Position numbers and translations under genes: made by a program
Part shown: piece by piece, positions 11,652 to 23,382 of the stretch
Layout of the letters: each line of letters starts with the position of its first letter
Numbering within the stretch: position 1 is the stretch's first letter
Notes under the pieces: generated by a model
The model's input: only the letters and a program-made list of their open reading frames with translations
What the model was told of the DNA's origin: nothing
Databases searched by the model: none
Assembly: GCA_964252035.1 (NCBI GenBank)
Contig: OZ176212.1
Origin: Podarcis erhardii
Taxonomy: Eukaryota
Direction: 5' to 3' (one strand)
DNA: 64,000 nucleotides

Positions 11652-12041
11652 TTTGACAGCAAGGCTTGTCTCTAGACACAAACTCTCCTGTGTCCTTCTA
11701 TAGCAGCAGCTTGTTACATGGAACAGGCTACAGTTTATGATGGCTTATTCTGTCAATAGGCTTCCTGAAGATAATTTCTCCTCCCATTGGTAACAGAATA
11801 CTAGTACTTGAATTGTCATGTCTCAACTATAACATAAAAAAGACAGACAGACACTCTGTTCTCAGTTTGTTCTCAAACAAAACAAAAACAAAAACAGAGA
11901 GAGCCCGGAGCACAACTCCTAGATCTCAATGGTATAGGAGTTTTTATAGGCTTTCTTGTCGATTTTTCTTCTGGAAAGCCACAGGAGATGAGAAGTAATG
12001 ATAATGATTAGTGACTGTTAATTATAGGGGAGATAACAAAC

Positions 12042-12523
12042 TGTCAGGAGTCCAGGTTCCCAGCTTGATAACACAGTAAGCACAGGATTTATTGCAAAAA
12101 ATAAAATAAAATAAATCAATAGATAGTTCCGGACGGCTCTAACAAAGCCTCCAGCATCATTACTCAAGATGACCCTTCTAAAGAGTCCTTCCGAGATCTA
12201 CAGAAGATATTGAACTTACGACTCTCACGTCTCTTGTTTTGCTTCCTGTCTAACAACCCTCCCATTCACCAGCTTTTTGGACTACTTGTCTTAGCTCCAA
12301 CCTCTTCCTGTTCCGACAAACTATCTCCTTGCCTGTTTGCGCCTAACTGATCTTCCAGAGAGCTTTGGCTATGTTCTGGCTCGCTCTCTGTTGTTCCCTT
12401 GGCAATCGGCATTTCAATGCCTGTGGGAGTTGCCCTGGGCACTGTTCAGCCTGCTGCAGATCTAACTCTCTCTGTTCTGCAGCAGGCTGTGGAGTTTCAC
12501 TAGGAGCTGCCTCATTCCTGACA
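12042..12523 (-). mobile_element. Solo LTR (482 bp)
   Basis: CAAAC|TGTCAGGA...TCCTGACA|CAAAC: 8-bp TIR and 5-bp TSD; TTTATT near the left end (~12089) is AATAAA on the minus strand. Confidence 0.88.
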
Positions 12524-12928
12524 CAAACTCTGCAAAGGATGGGGTCTGAGTGACACCACTGCTAGAAAGCTCTCCCACTGCTTCCCACTGCTTCCCCTTT
12601 CAATTATATGAGAATTATTAATGTATGCCTCTCTCCCCCCCCCCCAGTCTTTCACTTGTCCCACTGCTTTTCCCTGGGAAAACCCGAGCTTTACTGCTGA
12701 ATCAGAGCAAATATTATTTGGGTTTTCCATAGATTGACATTTTATCTGTTTTAGTGTCAAGGAGCAGGTTTTCACATGGAAAGTGGCAAGGCAAACAGAA
12801 AACTGCACAGGCCCATGCTTAGAAGCAAAGGACAAGTGGAAAACCACTTGAACTCATGCTTCCTAGGCACGGGACAGGTGGAAGTGTGGACAAGTGATAG
12901 GTCTCAATACAAGCTTTAGTCCACACTG

Positions 12929-13049
12929 AATAGTGTTCTCGAAGCTCATGAATTTGACCAAACTGCGGAGGCAAGACAGGAGTGCCTGGCGTGCTCTGGT
13001 CTGTGGGGTCACGAGAGTCAGACACAACTAAATGACTAAACGACAACAA
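12929..13049 (+). mobile_element. Bov-B (RTE) LINE 3' end
   Basis: tttgaccaaactgcggaggc..gacaggagtgcctggcgtgctctggtc..tggggtcacga.gagtc.gacac.actaaa.gactaaac.acaacaa is the recognisable Bov-B terminus. Confidence 0.8.
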
Positions 13050-14072
13050 GATAGTGGTCATCATGATACCTTATGTTGAATCATTCTTTGGTGTAATAGA
13101 TGGTAGACTTTTCACAGAGCTGAGATTGCCTCAGGCTCCATGTCAAGTGTTCACTGAGTGACGAACCCAGGTTTGCTAAAGCAAATCAAAACAGAAAAAA
13201 AGACCCTGGCTATTCAAACAAAAAAGATAAAATAGAAGGGACTTGTTAAATAAACTGCAAATAATAAATATGTTATCATTCAGCCTATTTATTGATGAAA
13301 CCTGGTGGTTACATTGCCAATGAATATTTAATATTTGCAATATTTAATACAAACAATTCATAAGAAAAAATGTTGTGCCTTCTCATAAGTGAAAGAAAAA
13401 AACAAAAATCAGGGAACCAGAAAAGTACAAATTTAACACAGTGGTATGAATGAGAAGGACGAAGTCAACATAGTACAGGAAATATTCTCAATGTTATTCA
13501 GGAGATTTCTATGAACACCTGCAATGTCAGCTGCATTATGCTTCATTAAACGATTAATATCATTTGCAATAATTTGGATATTCAAATATGGGACCAATGC
13601 TTATAAACGACTTCTGTTTCCTTCTGCCATGTTGTTTGACTTAAAGAAAGGTCAACATATACCAAGGATGCATATCATAGTATCCCTGCAGACTGGGGAA
13701 AAAACAGAGGGGGAAAGCCCACAAATGTATCCAAAATGAATTTCTGCTACTTGAACTAGGATTATAGAAATACCTACTGCCTTCTCCAATTCAGTGGCAT
13801 ACTGCCTTTAAGACTTTTTAAAGAAATGTAAGTTGTTTCCTTCACCATATTTAGTGTACATTCATTCCATAGGTTAACTATATACTGTATGGTCCAGAAG
13901 GAGTTCTGGTATGCATCCTTTTAGGGAGCACTCTTATAGCAACATCCACCTGCATGAGTCAGGTTAGGATCCCACAGATCTCCAGATGAGCCAGGAGGAT
14001 CTTTGTGCATCTATGTTATTACATCAGGCTAAACCTAACAGCCTGAGCCAAGCCCTGTGTATCTTAAGCTGG

Positions 14073-14133
14073 TGTAAGTACCCAAAACGAGTGGCTGGGG
14101 AAACCCAACCAGATGGGCAGTGTATAAATAATA

Positions 14134-14171
<38 letters not shown>
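14073..14171 (+). mobile_element. L2/CR1-clade LINE 3' end with (ATT)12 tail
   Basis: gagtggctggggaaacccaaccagatgggcagtgtataaataata followed by (ATT)12; homologous to 6569-6712. Confidence 0.7.
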
Positions 14172-14172
<1 letters not shown>

Positions 14173-14533
14173 GGGGGTTACAGACTAGAGATAAAGGACT
14201 TTGGTTGGAACGTAAGTATGGCCAGCTCAGTCACATGACCTGACAGCCCAACATAAGCTAAGCCAGCAAAAATGATGCTGTGACCCAAACACTGTTTTAA
14301 TGGCCTATTTTCCCTGTGCTAGGCTCATGTCATCTAAACCAGCAATAGCTGTGCTCCTGAACAGCATTTGGATCTAATGTACTTTATGCTAACTTAGCAT
14401 ATGTTGGGTTTGCTTTATTTCAGTTTCTTATGCTTAGGATGTTCCCCTTAAAGTACAAACTCAGTTTTTCATTTGGCCTTTCCAGATATATTTTTTACAA
14501 AAATGTTCCTGTGTTCAGTTATGCAATGAGACT

Positions 14534-15454
14534 TTAAATTTTTTTAGGTATTAGCCACACTGCGTTCTGTATGTCCTTGTTTCTGAAGCTGTAAATGATG
14601 GGATTCAGAACCGGTGGCAACACTGTATACAATACAGCAGAAACCAAGTCCACAGCAGGGGAGGAAAGTGATTTAGGTCTCAAGGTCGAAAACACAGCTG
14701 TTATTATAAATAAAGAAAAGACTGTCAGGTGGGGAGTGCAGGTAGAGAAAGCTTTATACCTGCCTTGAGCTGATGGAATCCTCAGCACAACTGAGAAGAT
14801 GAAGCCATAAGAAACAAAGATGAACACAATACAAAAGGAGGCCACAATGAGCCCAATGACAAATGGCAAAACTTCACTAACTTTAGTATCGCTGCAAGAA
14901 ATCTTTTGTAACTGAGGCAAATCACAGAAAAACTGCCCAATAATATTGGAGTGGCAGAAGCTTAATCTAAACGTGACCGTGGTTTCCAATAATGCATTAA
15001 CCATGCTGCTCAGCCAGGAAGCAGCTGCCATTTGAATGCAGGCCTCCCAGTTCATGATTAGACTATATTGAAGTGGGTAGCAGATTGCTATGTAACGGTC
15101 GTAAGCCATGACTGTGAGCAAGGCAATCTCAGTTCCAGCAAATGTGATCACTAAGAAGACCTGTGTGACACATCCAGCGAAAGAAATCAGTTTGTTGTTT
15201 GTCAGTGAAATGGCTATGGATTTGGGTACAGTAGTAGAGATATAGCAAACATCTAAAAATGACAAGCTTGTCAAAAAGAAATACATGGGGCTGTGTAGGT
15301 GGTGGTCTAAGACCACAGTAGTCACGATGAGAAAATTCCCCATTAAGGCTGTTAAGTAAATGAAGAGAAACACCACAGAATGCAAAACTTGCACATCACG
15401 ATCATCAGAAAATGCCATAAGAAGGAACTCTGTTGCAGTAGTTTGGTTGTTCAT
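14534..15454 (-). CDS. Olfactory receptor, family-14-like (306 aa)
   Basis: LHSPMYFFL, MAYDRYIAICYPL, KAFSTCTPHL, PPVLNPIIYSFRNK; N-terminal NQT glycosylation site. Confidence 0.95.
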   Translation of the reverse strand: MNNQTTATEFLLMAFSDDRDVQVLHSVVFLFIYLTALMGNFLIVTTVVLDHHLHSPMYFFLTSLSFLDVCYISTTVPKSIAISLTNNKLISFAGCVTQVFLVITFAGTEIALLTVMAYDRYIAICYPLQYSLIMNWEACIQMAAASWLSSMVNALLETTVTFRLSFCHSNIIGQFFCDLPQLQKISCSDTKVSEVLPFVIGLIVASFCIVFIFVSYGFIFSVVLRIPSAQGRYKAFSTCTPHLTVFSLFIITAVFSTLRPKSLSSPAVDLVSAVLYTVLPPVLNPIIYSFRNKDIQNAVWLIPKKI

Positions 15455-17119
15455 TTAATTTCTTTCTGATATTCTTTGGAGTGAACAGTAAGCTTGTTTA
15501 AGATGGAGATTCTGCAAAGGGGAAGCATTTGTTCATGATTATAGAATCATAGTGTGCATATTGAAGTTCAATTGTCATTTTTATTGCCCTTAGAAATATC
15601 AAGCACAATTTAAGAATTTTGAGTAAAACAGGTGACATAATATTATGGAATGTAAGTTTTTATTTCAGCTACCAAAAAAAGAAAAGAAAAAAGAAAAAAA
15701 AACAATGAACTTTAAGAGAGAGCATAAGTTGTATGATATCATACAGCAAAAGACCATAGAGGTGTGTGCAACCTACTCCACTCTGGATATTGTTGACAGC
15801 AGCTCTCATCCACTCCAGTGCTCATCCCCATTATATGAGATTATGTGGAAGGCCACAAATTTTGCACTCTGCAGCAAAATATCAGCTACTATGCTAACAA
15901 TGAAGCCACTAAATGTTGATAATGTCTGGAACGGTTTATCAGTACTCACATGTTGTGGTTGAGAAGAAAGAAGGGGAAGACTCAGTAGCTTTGAATGTTA
16001 CAATTGGATTAAAATGGATACAAATGAAAGCATTTTAACCCATGAAAGCATTGGGTTGAAAAATAAAAATCTGATAACAGTTCAGACCATGGTTCGGTCT
16101 AGCTCATCTGCAATGATTAGCACCAGCGCTCCAGGGATTTAGACGAGAATCTTTCTCATGCTTTGCTGAAAATACCAGTTTGTGCTCCGTCACTAAATAG
16201 CAATCTCAGCCCATTGCTGTTGAATGGGCCCAGTTTTTTTCATAAAGAAATCAAGGCACAGATGTTGAAGCGTCAAAGTTATTGTCATTTAAAGCTATAT
16301 TTTGGTTCATCCACACTTTCCTTTCACCACACATTTTCTTGGCACAGTTCTATGTGTCTGAGTCTATATGCGAGCCCCCCCCCCCTTTTTTTGCCCCACC
16401 ACTTTCCCCAGGAAAACTTGTCCTCTCATACTGCATCTGAACAAACAGCAATTTGGGATTTCCATGGAATATCGTTTGCTCTGATTCAGTGTCAAAGAGT
16501 GGGTTTTAGCGGGGAAAGTTTTGGAGCTGGAAAGTCCAGGCTTGTGCCTACAAATGTGGAGCAAACGTACGTGTGGATGATCCCTTGTTTGTGTGAAGGT
16601 GTTTTAACTGCAACAACTTTGAAGTTAAAAATTAACTTACTGCCTAAAATTACTGCTTACTGCCATGATCAAACAACTGAATTCTCTTTCTCTAGAAGTG
16701 AAACATGCTCCAACATTGGTATGTTTTCATTGTTTATGGGAAATTCTTATTTTGTCCCATACATAATAAATAAATAATCTGGTGCTTATTGATATACCAG
16801 ATTTATTTATTTTATGTTTACTTTATACTGCATAAACTGCTGTACAATTTTAAAAAAAGTCAGAGTGATATAAAAATAGACTTGAAAACATAATACGTAT
16901 CATAAAATAATGTTGAAAACATGAAACCAAATTGAATTCAAAGCTTCAGAAATAAAATGGAGTAATTTCAGAAAGCTTGGGAATTTTAGTTGTCTATTGA
17001 CTGCAGTAAGCATCTTAACTGCTAACTGTAGCTACATTCTAACTGCAAATGTTATATGCTTCTTTTGTTAGGGAAAGAGGTATGATTGTTTAGGGTGCAA
17101 GCCACAAACTTTTGTAATG

Positions 17120-17970
17120 ACCGCTCCCCACTTAAAATGGGGGGGCGCCTTTTGCGTGGACGCGTGCAGCCCTGGATCTGGAGTGGCCCCATCAGCATAG
17201 GCTTTGCCTTCCCTCAGGTGGGATACCTGGAGGTCCCCGCCTACCCCAGCGAGTTGTCCTATCCCACCTGGGGGAAGTGTTGCCAGGGAAACCAGGCCAG
17301 GTAAGGGGAGGGATTACCTGCCCACACAATAGAGGGTGGATCTTAATTGTTAATCCTCACTTGGCTCCAGAGCTTCTCCCACCCTACCCACCCTCAGTTA
17401 ATGTCTTCTTTTGCAGGTTAACTTTTCTTCATAGGTTTTGCAGGTTAACCTGTCTCCACAGGTATGTGGGCGCTGCTACGATAAGGTCGCTGTTAAAGGG
17501 CCGGAAAGGAATTTCCCTGCATTGGCAGGTTTCGCCTTTCCCGTAGCAAAACGTCACAACTTTGGCGGTATCAGGCCTTGGGCGGAATCCTTTAGTCCAT
17601 CTTCCTCTTTGCGGCGGCGATACCAGGGTTCCCCGTTAAAGGGGTTTTTGAAGGGAGGCTTTGGCCGTACGCCGAAAGGTCGTCATTGCTCTCCCCTGCG
17701 GCGGCGTAACGGGGGCGGCTATCTCTGCTTGAACATATGTTCTCCAGAGCCAGCCCATCCCCCCCCACACACTGGATAACCCTGATGCTCCCTAGGTCCC
17801 CGGCTGGGGACTAGGGAGGGAGAACGCCCAATGCCTGAGCCAAGGTCTACCCACATTTGAAATTTAATAAAGTTGTGGCCAATTTAATCCCATAGCACAT
17901 TGTCTAGAGTCGTTATTCCACATGACGGGGGGACCACTCGGGATCTGGGGACTCCGCCTGTCCACGCAAA
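17120..17970 (+). mobile_element. Ngaro-type YR retrotransposon terminal-repeat derivative (solo A-B, ~850 bp)
   Basis: GC-rich island. Shares gtagcaaa.cgtcacaactt, tttaataaagttgtggcc and the CACGCAA end with 38977-39825; no TSD found. Left boundary approximate. Confidence 0.65.
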
Positions 17971-20900
17971 ACTCATTATCCATGGCTTATTCATAGCTGA
18001 CTTACATGAAGCAAGTAGATACTGTTTATTATGCCAGGCCTGTTGTAAAAGACATTGATAGTTGAAAGCTTGGCAGATTCATAAATAAACATAGGGTTGA
18101 TTCTGAAGGTGGTCAGGGTCTTTCCATCTTTAACAAAGGATAGGAATTTGGGAGTCCAATATTGTATTGCTGTTTCACTTTGAAATAATCAGACCCCTCA
18201 AGAAACCTGGTTAAATATCAAATCCTTCAAAACAGCTCTTTATGCTCAGAGAGTTGCCTTAAGGGACTTGATCAGTATCATACTGAGTGATAGCTGGTCT
18301 ATTCTCTTCCTGGCCACCAATGGGCAGCAACTAGGACAATTGATACTGCTGGCCAGGAAGGACAAGAGATTTGCATTTCATTTAAGAGAACATCCATTTA
18401 AGCAACATCCATTAAAATGAAAGGGGTTCAGATCAAAAAGATTTCTAGCCACATCAGAATGTTCCAGGCATAGCTGGGCTTTGGCAGTTTAGCTCCCACA
18501 TGGGAAGCTGCACACACCTCCTCCATGCCTGAAGGAGGGCCAGAAATAGCATTTGCGCATGCATGCATGCGTGCACTCTCACAATTGCACTCCGACCCAA
18601 GCCACAAAAACTTTGCCAACACCTGTGCTTAGATATAACCCAATCCTTTTTACTTCAGTGGGAGTTACTCCCAAGTAAACATGCATTTGCTTGCAACCCA
18701 AGGTCTAATCTTATGCAGATTTACCTGGTAGTAAGCAGAATTGAAGACAGAGAGGCTTGTGTAGTAGTTAACCTGCAAAGGATTGTGCTCTATATCAGGG
18801 GTGGAGAAACTATGACCATTTTGAACTGCAAGTGTCATCAGCCCTTATCATTGACCATCCTGACCGGAGTGATGAGAGGATCAGAGGTTCTCATTCACAC
18901 CATATATTGTTTTTAATGTTACAATGAAAATCTCAATTTATGCCTAATGTTGATATATGTTATAAGCAAATTTATTTAACACTTCTTATGCAAAAAATAA
19001 ATCCTAAATCAGACTTGTGTATGTTAAATGTAAAGCGTGTGTGTGTGTGTGTATTTGTGATTTTCCTTTCCTGAAAGTTACAAATACAATTCAGTGCTGT
19101 TGTCATTCTTCAACAGGAGTGTGCAAACAAATTTTACATTTTTCCCCTATCAGAAAAAGCAAAGTGGTGATAACTTGAGAAATGCATTATCATGATAGTG
19201 ATGAAATATTATCAGATTAATACTAAAGTTTCAGACATGTTATACCATTGTTAGAAGTGAAAACCTGAACTTGTAGTATTGTAACCAGACTTAGACATGC
19301 TTAGTGCAGATCTGTTGCAATCAATGTGACAGTCATTAGTCATGGCTAACAAAACCGATTTCTTTTTAAGTGGCTCTACTCTTAATAGCATTAAGTTTTG
19401 ATCAGACCTTTATTTCATTCTGGACATAATTTATTAAAATGCTCACCTCAATCTGAAGTTGATCCTCTTTGAAGATGGCAGTGCATGTATGCCTGAGACT
19501 AAATTTTATTTGCAGAAGCATGTGCTTTGATCAGCAGAGTGTTTCATCTCTACTCCCAATAGTGGTCATAAAGTTGTGCATCACCAAGGTGATCCATAAC
19601 TTGCATCATGGAGTTGTACCTTGGAGATTTACAATGTCTTAACTTACAATCCTTTCTCTAATTCAACAAAAGAGGCAGATGATGTAATCTTTTCTTTTAA
19701 AAAAAGCCATTCACATCATGCTTAGGAGCTTTAACCATTTCACCCTCATTTTTAAGAATTATTTAGCTTAAGTAACTCAGCTGTGAGAAAACAAAGTTGG
19801 ACTTACTGTGAAATGTCCTTCTAGTCAGTGGAGTGTAGATCATAGAGGCAAGGGATGCTTCCTCCTGGAGGCAGATTCAAACAGTTTTTGCAAATAACTA
19901 GTGTTGGCCGGCCATATGGGGAGGGAAGCTTCTGCTAACTTACAATTCCTACCTAACTTGAACAAATAACTTGAACAGTGGCCTCCAAGTGCAACAAAAA
20001 TGCCAGGATCAGCAAAACTCTTCAGCCATGACAGCTTCTCACTTGGTCATGGAGAGTCCTGAAATGGGAAGGAGATGTGAGGACTTCTCAAAGCCCAGTA
20101 AGCACTTACTAGGCTTTGGGAAGAAGGAGGGTAGATTCTAGGGCCCTGTTAGAGCCCTCACACCTCCTTCCCAAAGGGATTGTTGTTTGGTTTCATTGCC
20201 AGGTATTGGCTGGAAAGCAGTGGAAAACTCTGCCCATTGAGTGTCACTTTTGAAGCTTTCTAAAATATAGGTTTTTCAAAGAAACAGGATTGCCTGGAGC
20301 TCTTTATCAAAAGACTTGTTTGCTTGTGTTTATGTTTACATATTTTATTGTATTTAATATAATATAATATTTCCTTGAGTTTCCTTGAATTCAATACAGA
20401 AATAATATTCCTGACTGTTAAAGCAACATAAGACACAAGAATCAAGGTAAACATACTATTTATAATAAATATGCCATAATTCAACCTCTTTATTGAAGAA
20501 ACCTGGGCTCTATTGCCAATGAATACATTTGAAACATTTAACAAAAACAATTCAGCAAAATAGTGTCTTTAAACCTAAATGTAGCATAATGATAGCCATT
20601 TATGAGTATTGAGCATGACAGTCATTGATAATCTCATCCTCCAGCATTAATTCTAATTTCCATTTCCATTTTAAGACCTTCTAAATTGGTGGCCATCACC
20701 ACATCTAGTGAATTCTACAGGCTACCTAAGTATTGTGTGACTGATCTCCCCACTAGAAATTCTAGATTGTAGCCAGTTTAATGAGCAATCTTACAGCAAG
20801 ATCCACTGGGATGACTAGGCTTAGAACCTGCAGTTGAGACAAGAGGTTCCTTATGCAACTAAACCCAGCATGACTACCCATCTCCTGCTGTGCCAGAAGA

Positions 20901-21297
20901 ATACTGGCTTATCCCTACCATTCTGGCTGAGCTGGGACCAGGTAATCTGAGCTGAGCATGGTGAACCATAAACCAACATAAATCCTCAAAAGGGAGTGTT
21001 CTGGGACCTGAGATGTAGGACTTAGGATGGAGCCTAGCCATGGTCATCTGGATCATGTTACCTGGAAATTTGACATAAGTTTAGTAGAAAAAAAGGATCA
21101 TGTGAGACAAAAACAAGTGTTGCTCTGCCTGTCTTAAGCAGCAGTAGCAAAGATGAATGGACTTTGCATCTAATGTGGTTTACACCAGAATAGCTGAGAC
21201 TGGGCTTGCTCAGTATAAGGTTTCCCCAAAAAATATCAAACTCAGTCACTTATTCAGTCCTTCCAGACATAATGTTTACAAGAATGTTGATGTGTTC

Positions 21298-21350
21298 AAT
21301 TATGCAATGAAGCTTTTTAATTTTGAAGGTATTAGCCACAATGCTTTCTG
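21298..21350 (-). pseudogene. OR C-terminal relic (IQKALWLIPSKLKSFIA*) with its 3' flank
   Basis: Homologous to the 3' end of OR 14534-15454 (AVWLIPKK); flank 21210-21300 aligns with 14420-14520. Confidence 0.75.
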
Positions 21351-21700
21351 AATGTTTATTACAGCATCCAGATACTGATCCAATGCTTTCACTGTCCCTT
21401 CTGAGTCAGATGTTATAGAGAAGTAGAGCTGTGTATAATCAGTGAATGGGTGGCACCTTACTTCAAAACTCCTAACGACCACACCAAACATCTTGCATTA
21501 AATAGCACAGAGGAAAGACTAGTACCCTGTGGAATCCCATTGTACAAATGCCAGAGGATACAAGATTCACATTTCTACCAAACATATGAAATAATCATTA
21601 ATGTTTTACACCAAGAATTTATTTGCACAAATGGCCTTTTCAAGTGTTCTCCCTCAGGGCATCATGCTTGCCAAATTCTAGATAGTGTGCATAAAAATAG
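21351..21700 (-). mobile_element. Degenerate L2 LINE reverse-transcriptase fragment
   Basis: VRSFEVRCHPFTDYTQLYFS...DQYLDAV resembles the L2 RT region (F.LRCHQYADDTQLY). Confidence 0.7.
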
Positions 21701-22083
21701 AGATGAAAAATGAAAGCAAATATAAAACTTGTGGAAAAATATGTACTTTTGGTTGAGTATTATTACTTTTACCTTTAAATGAGTGAGGGTGCAGTCATTT
21801 CAGTTTTCATTTTTAAAAATAAATGCACAGATCAGTCAAGTCCATCCTCTTTTTGTGCTGATCTTTTTTTAAAAAAAATGAACAAAATATTTACATCTAA
21901 ATTTTATCCATTTTGTAGACTTTCTGTACACCCTGCTCCTGTAAAATACACATTTTTCAATTCGTTGCCATGAATTTCCACCCAAAATGTTAATTTTGTG
22001 AGCATTCTTGCATTTGGAAACTTTATTGCGGAAGCCAGGGGAACTACACAATCTGAGCAAGAGCTTCATTCTAATCTAATCCA

Positions 22084-22135
22084 ATCTATCTATCTATCTA
22101 TCTATCTATCCATCTATCTATCATGTATCTATCTA
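22084..22135. repeat. (ATCT)n imperfect microsatellite
   Basis: Direct reading of the sequence. Confidence 0.9.
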
Positions 22136-22394
22136 GCTTTATTAGATGAATATTTAGTCCACACTATAGCATATTTCCAGTAGAATTTACAAGAATTATA
22201 ATTATAATTAAAATAATTATAAAATTATAATTAATTATAATTAAATTGAATTTTAAAAGATATTCCTTGGATTTTATCATATTCCTTGGATATGATAAAA
22301 TATAATTCATTTGTTGTGTGTGGAAGCAATGAAGAAAAGCAATCCTTCAATCTACACAATAAGTAACTATTGCTAAATTTGTGTGTTCTGACAC

Positions 22395-22640
22395 TTTGTT
22401 CCTAAAGCTATAAATTAACGGGATTCAGTAGTGGTGGCATTATACAATACAGCAGAGAGCAAATCCATTGTTGTAGAAGAAAGTGTTTTAGGTCTCATGT
22501 ATGAAAACACAGCTGTGCTCATAAATAAAGAAAAGACAGTTAGGTGGGGGATGCAGGTAGAGAAAACTTTATATCTACCTTGAACAGAAGGGATTCTCAA
22601 CACTGCAGAGAAGATGTAGCCATAGGAAACAAAGATGAAC
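22395..22640 (-). pseudogene. OR pseudogene fragment (TM5-TM7), paralog of 23383/41442
   Basis: SYGYIFSAVLRIPSVQGRYKVFSTCIPHL...MDLLSAVLYN; 4-nt deletion before PPLLNP; 5' two-thirds absent. Confidence 0.9.
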
Positions 22641-23382
22641 CTACACATGAATCCTGCACCAAGAATCCTAGGTAAAAGCCCATCACAACTTGCACCTAAA
22701 CCTCAAGCCAACATAAAGCAACCAAAGAGAACTTGTGTTTGTGTGTTTGTGTGTTATACGGACTCAAAACAACAATTAATACTACTAATAATCAACACAT
22801 TGAGTATTATGACACTCATTGAACTGTACTGAAATAGCTCTTTTAAAAAAGAAATACCAATATAATGCATCTTGCTCCCCTACATGCATCACCTAGTTAG
22901 TATGGTGCTAGAATAACACACCTCTAAAACAGTGAAGGAAGAGGGGCCACAGTTATGCGAGAAACTGAGGACAGACTATCAGATGCAAATGTGGTTCAGA
23001 GACCTCATTACTTGTGCAAAGACTTATTCTACCCTTCCTCCCTTCTAACAGCTCCACTCAAAAAGAAACGTAATTTAGCAGGTTGGGAGGAGCAAGGGTG
23101 AATGTGTCAATTTCATTTTCTTTCACTTTCTCAGCATTAGATCCAGTTCCTCACATTTACATATTGGCATACTTCTTTTTTTAAAGTCCTAATGAAAACT
23201 CATCAGTTGTTTTGTGTGAAACTTTCCTAATATGCACATTTTATATGCAAATTTTCCCAATACCCATCTATGTGCAGTGCACTGTTAAGCAATATAATGC
23301 ATTTTTATGCAATTTTCACGGACATTTCCATTCTTATACAATGCACAGGAAATGTGATGTGTATGAGACACAACTTGAGCAA

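Noticed and set aside
16163-16777. 204-aa ORF
   Set aside because: Starts at TTG, has no recognisable domain, and crosses a decayed palindromic repeat (also seen at ~12650-12740).
22195-22255. AT-only quasi-palindrome (ataattataattaa...)
   Set aside because: Low-complexity sequence; self-complementarity is expected by chance.
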